A DNA stretch of 64,000 nt, taken from contig JACPDL010000004.1 in NCBI GenBank assembly GCA_016184005.1, forward strand, positions 14,107 through 78,106, read 5' to 3'. This stretch comes from Candidatus Aenigmatarchaeota archaeon (GTDB lineage Archaea > Aenigmatarchaeota > Aenigmatarchaeia > GW2011-AR5). The notes below the pieces were generated by a model. That model worked only from the letters and a program-made list of their open reading frames with translations, was not told the origin of the DNA and searched no databases. Positions 59,615 to 64,000 of the stretch are shown one piece after another. The number at the start of each line of letters is the position of its first letter. The stretch's first letter is position 1. Both the position numbers and the translations under genes were made by a program.

Positions 59615-60481
59615 GTGATGTTTTTAATTGTTGCACGCCATTATGTTCTTATGGGAAAAATGCACACCCTTCTGGCCCTTTTGCTCTTTGCGCTCCCTGC
59701 TTATGCGCAGCAGGAGGCGAACATAACTTTTGATATCCAGCCAGACAGCTCTGTCAAGCACGCGATTGTCTTTTCTTTCAGCAGCCCCTTAACGGCTGCG
59801 TCAATAGACTACGCGCTTGACGGCATTGTACGCGATACTGAGGTTTCAGGCGGCGGGCAAAAGATGGAACACGAGCTGATCAGGTCTGACAGCGGATACA
59901 TCATGCGAATTTTCCTCAAGGGACCGACAAGATCGCTTTCAATCAGCTACACCGCCGACAATGTGGTATTCCGCAGCGATTCAGTGAACCATTTCTTTAC
60001 TGAACTTTCGTTTGAACAGCCAACAAACATCAGCGCCCGGCTGGAGCTGCCGGCAGGCTATGGACTCTACCAGGATTCGTACAGGCCAGCGGGTGCGAGC
60101 ACTGTTTCCGATGGCAGGCGAATAATCTTGTTGTGGAGACCGACAAATGTTCAGTCCGTCTTTTTCTCCGTGAAATTCGCCAAGCTTGAGGAAGGCGGGT
60201 TACTGATTGCTTCTGTAGCCGTGCTTTCCGGTCTGACTATATTTCTTTTCCTTTACTTGAGGCACAAGACAAGGGAGGAATTCCTGAGGGGCTTCCGCGA
60301 GGACGAGAAAAGGGTAATAGAGTACCTGCAGGAGAGAAAGACAGCCCTGCAAAGCGACTTGGAGCATGAGTTCAAGTTCTCCCGCGCAAAGGCGACAAGG
60401 ATTGTTTCAAAGCTGCAGGAGAAAAACCTTGTCGGAAAGCAGAAATATGGAAGGACTAACAAGCTTTTCTGGCTGAAGTAG
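59615..60481 (+). CDS. membrane-anchored regulator: signal peptide, about 190-aa extracellular domain, TM helix, cytoplasmic winged-helix
   Basis: MHTLLALLLFALPAYAQQ signal, single TM LLIASVAVLSGLTIFLFLYL, C-terminal EKRVIEYLQERKTALQSDLEHEFKFSRAKATRIVSKLQEKNLV wHTH. Confidence 0.5.
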   Translation: MMFLIVARHYVLMGKMHTLLALLLFALPAYAQQEANITFDIQPDSSVKHAIVFSFSSPLTAASIDYALDGIVRDTEVSGGGQKMEHELIRSDSGYIMRIFLKGPTRSLSISYTADNVVFRSDSVNHFFTELSFEQPTNISARLELPAGYGLYQDSYRPAGASTVSDGRRIILLWRPTNVQSVFFSVKFAKLEEGGLLIASVAVLSGLTIFLFLYLRHKTREEFLRGFREDEKRVIEYLQERKTALQSDLEHEFKFSRAKATRIVSKLQEKNLVGKQKYGRTNKLFWLK

Positions 60482-60578
60482 CAGCCGCTTCTTTCTGGAC
60501 TTATAGCGACCGTTTCACGAACGTTTCACCACACTCTCTTGTGGGTGAAACATACTATATTCTATCAGGTGATTTTGC

Positions 60579-60851
60579 ATGCTGCGAACCATCCAAAGGC
60601 TGCTTGGAAAAGAAAAGGAAGTCGTTTACGACAAAACCCTCGGATATCTGACACGAGAAGACATAGAGAGGCTGAAGGAGGCGACAAAGAAGCCGGAAAG
60701 CCCCGTTAGGAAGAAATTTTACAAGACGTGGATTTGCGGTTCGGGCCACCTGTTTTTTTACAGGATTCTGAGGTGCCCTCTTTGCGAATCCCGGAAAATA
60801 GAAGAGCAAACAAATGCAACGAGCAGCGAATTAGTGCTGGAGGCGGAGTAA
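60579..60851 (+). CDS. small zinc-ribbon protein
   Basis: CGSGH...CPLCES; 90 aa. Confidence 0.35.
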   Translation: MLRTIQRLLGKEKEVVYDKTLGYLTREDIERLKEATKKPESPVRKKFYKTWICGSGHLFFYRILRCPLCESRKIEEQTNATSSELVLEAE

Positions 60852-61121
60852 TAAATGCACTACAAGGACGAGAAATACAGGATAGCAGACAAGATTTACA
60901 CCGTGGACTGCCCGCTTTGCAGCACATATCATGAATTAAGGCTGAAGCGTCTCTGGCGGGAATTATGAACTGCATAGTTTGCAGAAAATGGGCGGCGGCG
61001 ATTATCAAGCGGGGAGAAGTGGGAGTGGTGTTTTGTCACCGCCACTTTCCCCTCAAAGAAGCGAGAGCCAGAATATGGCATCCCGTCCGTTGAAGACTGG
61101 TGATGAATGGAGGTGTAGAAC

Positions 61122-62210
61122 ATGAAATGGATTGCAGGGCTTCTGGCAGCGCTTGTATTGGCGATGCCACTGGCTGTTGCCCAGGAGGCGACAGTTCAGG
61201 CAGAAACAAAAGCGGAAGCAAAGACGGTTTCCGTTTTCGACCTTAGATTAAGGCAGATAGGCCAAGCCTTCGGCGATTTCGTCTTCCATATAAAAAAGGT
61301 ATTAACGTTCGATGAGAAAGCAAAGGTCGAGCTGATTAAGGAAAGGAACGCGGAGATGAAGGCAAGGCAGCAGGCATGGCTGGAAACAAAGGCAAATGCC
61401 CTGGCACAGTTCGAATCCGGCAACATGACAGCCGAAGAGAAGCAGCAGGTGATAAGCACCCTGCATGCAGAGCATGAGGCGATAATAAAAGAGCACCTCA
61501 GGACTACAGAAGAAATAAGGGAGCTCCAGCTCAGGGCAAAGGCAAAAGGCGATGCAGAGCTTGAGCACAAAGCACAAACAGAAGCTGAGCTAACAGAGGA
61601 ATCGGGGCTTTCAGAGGGCCTGAAAATCAGGGAGGCACTGAAAGCAGGAGCCAGGGTACAGGGCAATGTTGCCCTCAATGAAGAAGCAAGAGCAACACTA
61701 AGCGCGCTTGTTTCCAGCCTTTCCAGCACGCAGAGCAACGCTGAACTGGAAATGGAAGTGAAGAAGGAAAACGGAAGCGCTGAGGTGGATGCAGAAGTTG
61801 AAGGAAGCCTCACAGCTGAACAGAACAGCCTCTGGTTAAGGTTGCAGGACCAGGCAAATGCCCTTGTAGAAGCTTCTTCGTCCAGCAACGCAAAGCTGAA
61901 GATTGAAATAGAAAGCGCCTTTGCTGCGAAAGGGGAAACAAACCTGACATCTGAAGAGGCAAAGCTGCTTGTGAAGACAAAGCTGGGGTTTGAGACGGGC
62001 GCAGTGACAACACAGTCTCGGGGCGGCACAACTTTCTTTGTTGTGACAGGAACGGATACAGAGACAACCGGCGGGTTTGTACTCGCGAAGAACTTTGAGG
62101 TGTGGGTGCAGGCAGACACGGGGCTCATAACATCCGTGGATCTGGACACGCATATAGAGGCGATATCTGTCGGTGCGGGAGGCAACAGCGGTGTCGGGAT
62201 AGGTGTGTAA
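61122..62210 (+). CDS. secreted acidic coiled-coil protein (signal peptide), paralog of 62255..63229
   Basis: MKWIAGLLAALVLAMPLAVAQE signal peptide; the N-terminal domain FxxxFTFDxxAKxxL is shared with the next ORF. Confidence 0.5.
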   Translation: MKWIAGLLAALVLAMPLAVAQEATVQAETKAEAKTVSVFDLRLRQIGQAFGDFVFHIKKVLTFDEKAKVELIKERNAEMKARQQAWLETKANALAQFESGNMTAEEKQQVISTLHAEHEAIIKEHLRTTEEIRELQLRAKAKGDAELEHKAQTEAELTEESGLSEGLKIREALKAGARVQGNVALNEEARATLSALVSSLSSTQSNAELEMEVKKENGSAEVDAEVEGSLTAEQNSLWLRLQDQANALVEASSSSNAKLKIEIESAFAAKGETNLTSEEAKLLVKTKLGFETGAVTTQSRGGTTFFVVTGTDTETTGGFVLAKNFEVWVQADTGLITSVDLDTHIEAISVGAGGNSGVGIGV

Positions 62211-62254
62211 GCAGCTAGGAGACCTCCCTTTTTATTTTTTCTTTTTAACATAAA

Positions 62255-63229
62255 ATGTATAGAGACAAGAAAATGAAAATACATTCGATAATTCTGATAC
62301 AGGCGGTACTTATTGCGGCTTTCGTTAGCCCTGCCCATGCGCAGCTTGCTGCGCAAACCTTCCCTGATGTAAACTTCAAAGATAATGTAGTTACTAAAGC
62401 AGAGCTTGATCTGGTGGAGACTGAGTTTTCACGTCCAGGCTTGCTGCCAGACCAGCCGCTTTATTTCCTGAAAAGATTTGCAGAGCGTATTAGATTATTT
62501 TTCACATTTGATGCTGCGGAAAAGGCAAAGCTCCATCTGGATTTTGCCAAGGTTCGCCTGGCGGAGGCGAAAGGCCTTGTAGAAAAGAACAAGACAGAGG
62601 AAGCAGATCAGGCACTCGGCGAATACAACAAGGAGCTTACTGAATTCGAGTCAACGGCGGGAAGGAACGTATCACTGCTTGTTAAAGAAAGCTCTGATGC
62701 CTTGGAAAAAAGCTCGATTGTACTTGATCTTGTTTTGCAAAAGGTCCCTGAGCAGGCAAGACCCGCAATAGAGAAGGCGCTGAATAATTCCATCGAGAAA
62801 AAAGTCAGGATAGAAGCCAACGAAACGCAGGAAACAGGGAAGGAAATCCAGGCAAATGTCATCCGGGAAAAAAGACGGAACACTGAGATCATGGAAGAAA
62901 TCATGAAAATACAGCGCACAGAAAGAACGGAGAAAACAGGAGAAAAGAAACCAGGAATTTGCATCCAGGTCATCACTCCGGCAAGAAGCCCGGAAGGCGA
63001 ATGCAGGGAATTTCCTACGCCCTGCGACGTGCCGGAAGGATGGGAAACGATGGTTATTTGCCCAACACAAAAGCCTGTGGCAGACATTTCAATTGAGACT
63101 CCAGCCGAAAAATCAGATGAAACGCAGAAACGCGGGAAAACATCAGAACCAGAGAACGTTGTTCCAGTTTCCAGTCCTGCTGAAATCCCGGCCCAAGTAA
63201 AAACCCAGCTTCCGTCAGGATCTATTTAA
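62255..63229 (+). CDS. secreted protein (signal peptide), paralog of 61122..62210, with a Cys-containing C-terminal domain
   Basis: MKIHSIILIQAVLIAAFVSPAHAQ signal; shared FTFDAAEKAKLHLDFAKVRLAEAK region; C-terminal CIQVITPARSPEGECREFPTPCDVPEGWETMVICP. Confidence 0.5.
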   Translation: MYRDKKMKIHSIILIQAVLIAAFVSPAHAQLAAQTFPDVNFKDNVVTKAELDLVETEFSRPGLLPDQPLYFLKRFAERIRLFFTFDAAEKAKLHLDFAKVRLAEAKGLVEKNKTEEADQALGEYNKELTEFESTAGRNVSLLVKESSDALEKSSIVLDLVLQKVPEQARPAIEKALNNSIEKKVRIEANETQETGKEIQANVIREKRRNTEIMEEIMKIQRTERTEKTGEKKPGICIQVITPARSPEGECREFPTPCDVPEGWETMVICPTQKPVADISIETPAEKSDETQKRGKTSEPENVVPVSSPAEIPAQVKTQLPSGSI

Positions 63230-63263
63230 GCGAATGTGAAATCTTGCATTCCAGCCGGTCCAT

Positions 63264-63971
63264 TCAGCACCAGTCCTGTTTCTTCTTTTCTTTCGGCTGC
63301 GGGTTAGTGTACAGCGCAGTTTCATCTTTGCCAGCCCCGTAACCTGATATACCAGCAAGTTGCGATTCTGAAGAATATCCGGACTTCTTTTCTGACGTAG
63401 TTGTTTTTCCCATAGATATCGTGGTAAGCGTCGCTTCCGGTATGGACTTTATCTGGTCTTCGCTCAGGTTCGAGCCTATGAGGCATGACCATGTCAGGTT
63501 TGCATTCTCTATGCTGCTTCTTGCAAGGTCGCTTTCGCAGAGATGGGCCCACATCAGGTTTGCCCTGCCCAGCCGCGTGTTCTCGAAGTATGCGTTTTTA
63601 AGCGTCGCGTAGCTGAGGTCAGCTTCTTCGAAATTCGTCTTTTTGAGAACTGCGCCAAAGAAGGAACATCTTGTCATATGGCAGTTGCTGAAATCTGCGC
63701 CTGACAGGTCGCTGTGGTCAAAATGCGTGTCAGATAAGTTGCAATTCTTGAATACCGCTCCTTCCAAAATTATCCCGGAAAGATTTGCATTTGTGAGTTT
63801 TATGCCTGAGAAATCCCTCCTGCCCTTCCTGTATTCTTCCAAAAGCTGATTAGAATCCATAGTAACCGGTAATAAACTACTGATCCAAGCAATTAAAATA
63901 GAACTTCTGTCATTACGAGGATGTGATTGGCTTTTCTGCTGCAGAAAAAGACAGAGAAGATAGCATGTCAT
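63264..63971 (-). CDS. pentapeptide-repeat protein
   Basis: Tandem A(D/N)LSx repeats (ANLSGIILEGAVFKNCNLSDTHFDHSDLSGADFSNCHMTRCSFFGAVLKKTNFEEADLSYATLKNAYFEN...). Confidence 0.7.
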   Translation of the reverse strand: MTCYLLCLFLQQKSQSHPRNDRSSILIAWISSLLPVTMDSNQLLEEYRKGRRDFSGIKLTNANLSGIILEGAVFKNCNLSDTHFDHSDLSGADFSNCHMTRCSFFGAVLKKTNFEEADLSYATLKNAYFENTRLGRANLMWAHLCESDLARSSIENANLTWSCLIGSNLSEDQIKSIPEATLTTISMGKTTTSEKKSGYSSESQLAGISGYGAGKDETALYTNPQPKEKKKQDWC

Positions 63972-64000
63972 CTAGGAAGCAATAAGAATTGCTGGCTTTC

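Noticed and set aside
61196-62356. 386-aa ORF on the minus strand, S/A/C-rich low complexity
   Set aside because: Antisense to the secreted-protein gene 61122..62210; its composition is the mirror of the sense gene's GC-rich codons and it has no motif support.

Overview
This window reads as a gene-dense archaeal chromosome segment, probably from a DPANN-type lineage (inference, not verified). Informational genes are packed on both strands: r-protein/RNAP operons S13-S4-S11-[wHTH]-RpoD-L18e-L13, L7Ae-S28e-orf-L24e and S27e-aIF2alpha-Nop10-PAC2, plus RpoK-S2, L10e, L44e, S15, Cbf5, a fused PriS-PriL primase, SMC-ScpA-ScpB, Bud32, Tmk and geranylgeranyl reductase. The 23S rRNA (minus strand, about 46.7-51.7 kb) and the 16S rRNA (plus strand, 53.8-56.4 kb) are divergently oriented and unlinked, and both carry many insertions. 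The 23S has two introns that each encode a double-motif LAGLIDADG homing endonuclease. The 16S has at least six or seven insertions, one of which encodes a 186-aa non-LAGLIDADG protein with a C-terminal winged-helix domain. Three families of small structured repeats pervade intergenic DNA, rRNA insertions and tRNA introns. The most notable locus (38.3-42.7 kb, minus strand) is a minimal [NiFe]-hydrogenase whose small subunit is fused to a thioredoxin-reductase-like flavoprotein lacking the NADPH-binding arginines; I read this as a candidate H2-dependent disulfide/thioredoxin reductase. HypC, a HypC-like protein, the HycI protease, a ferredoxin and OsmC/Ohr sit beside it. Other observations include a metal (Cu-like) handling cluster with Met-rich secreted proteins, a 2-repeat CRISPR-like mini-array inside the RNAP/r-protein operon, a probable two-intron tRNA-Ala whose 3' end is repeated 3.75 kb downstream, and a SET-domain protein.
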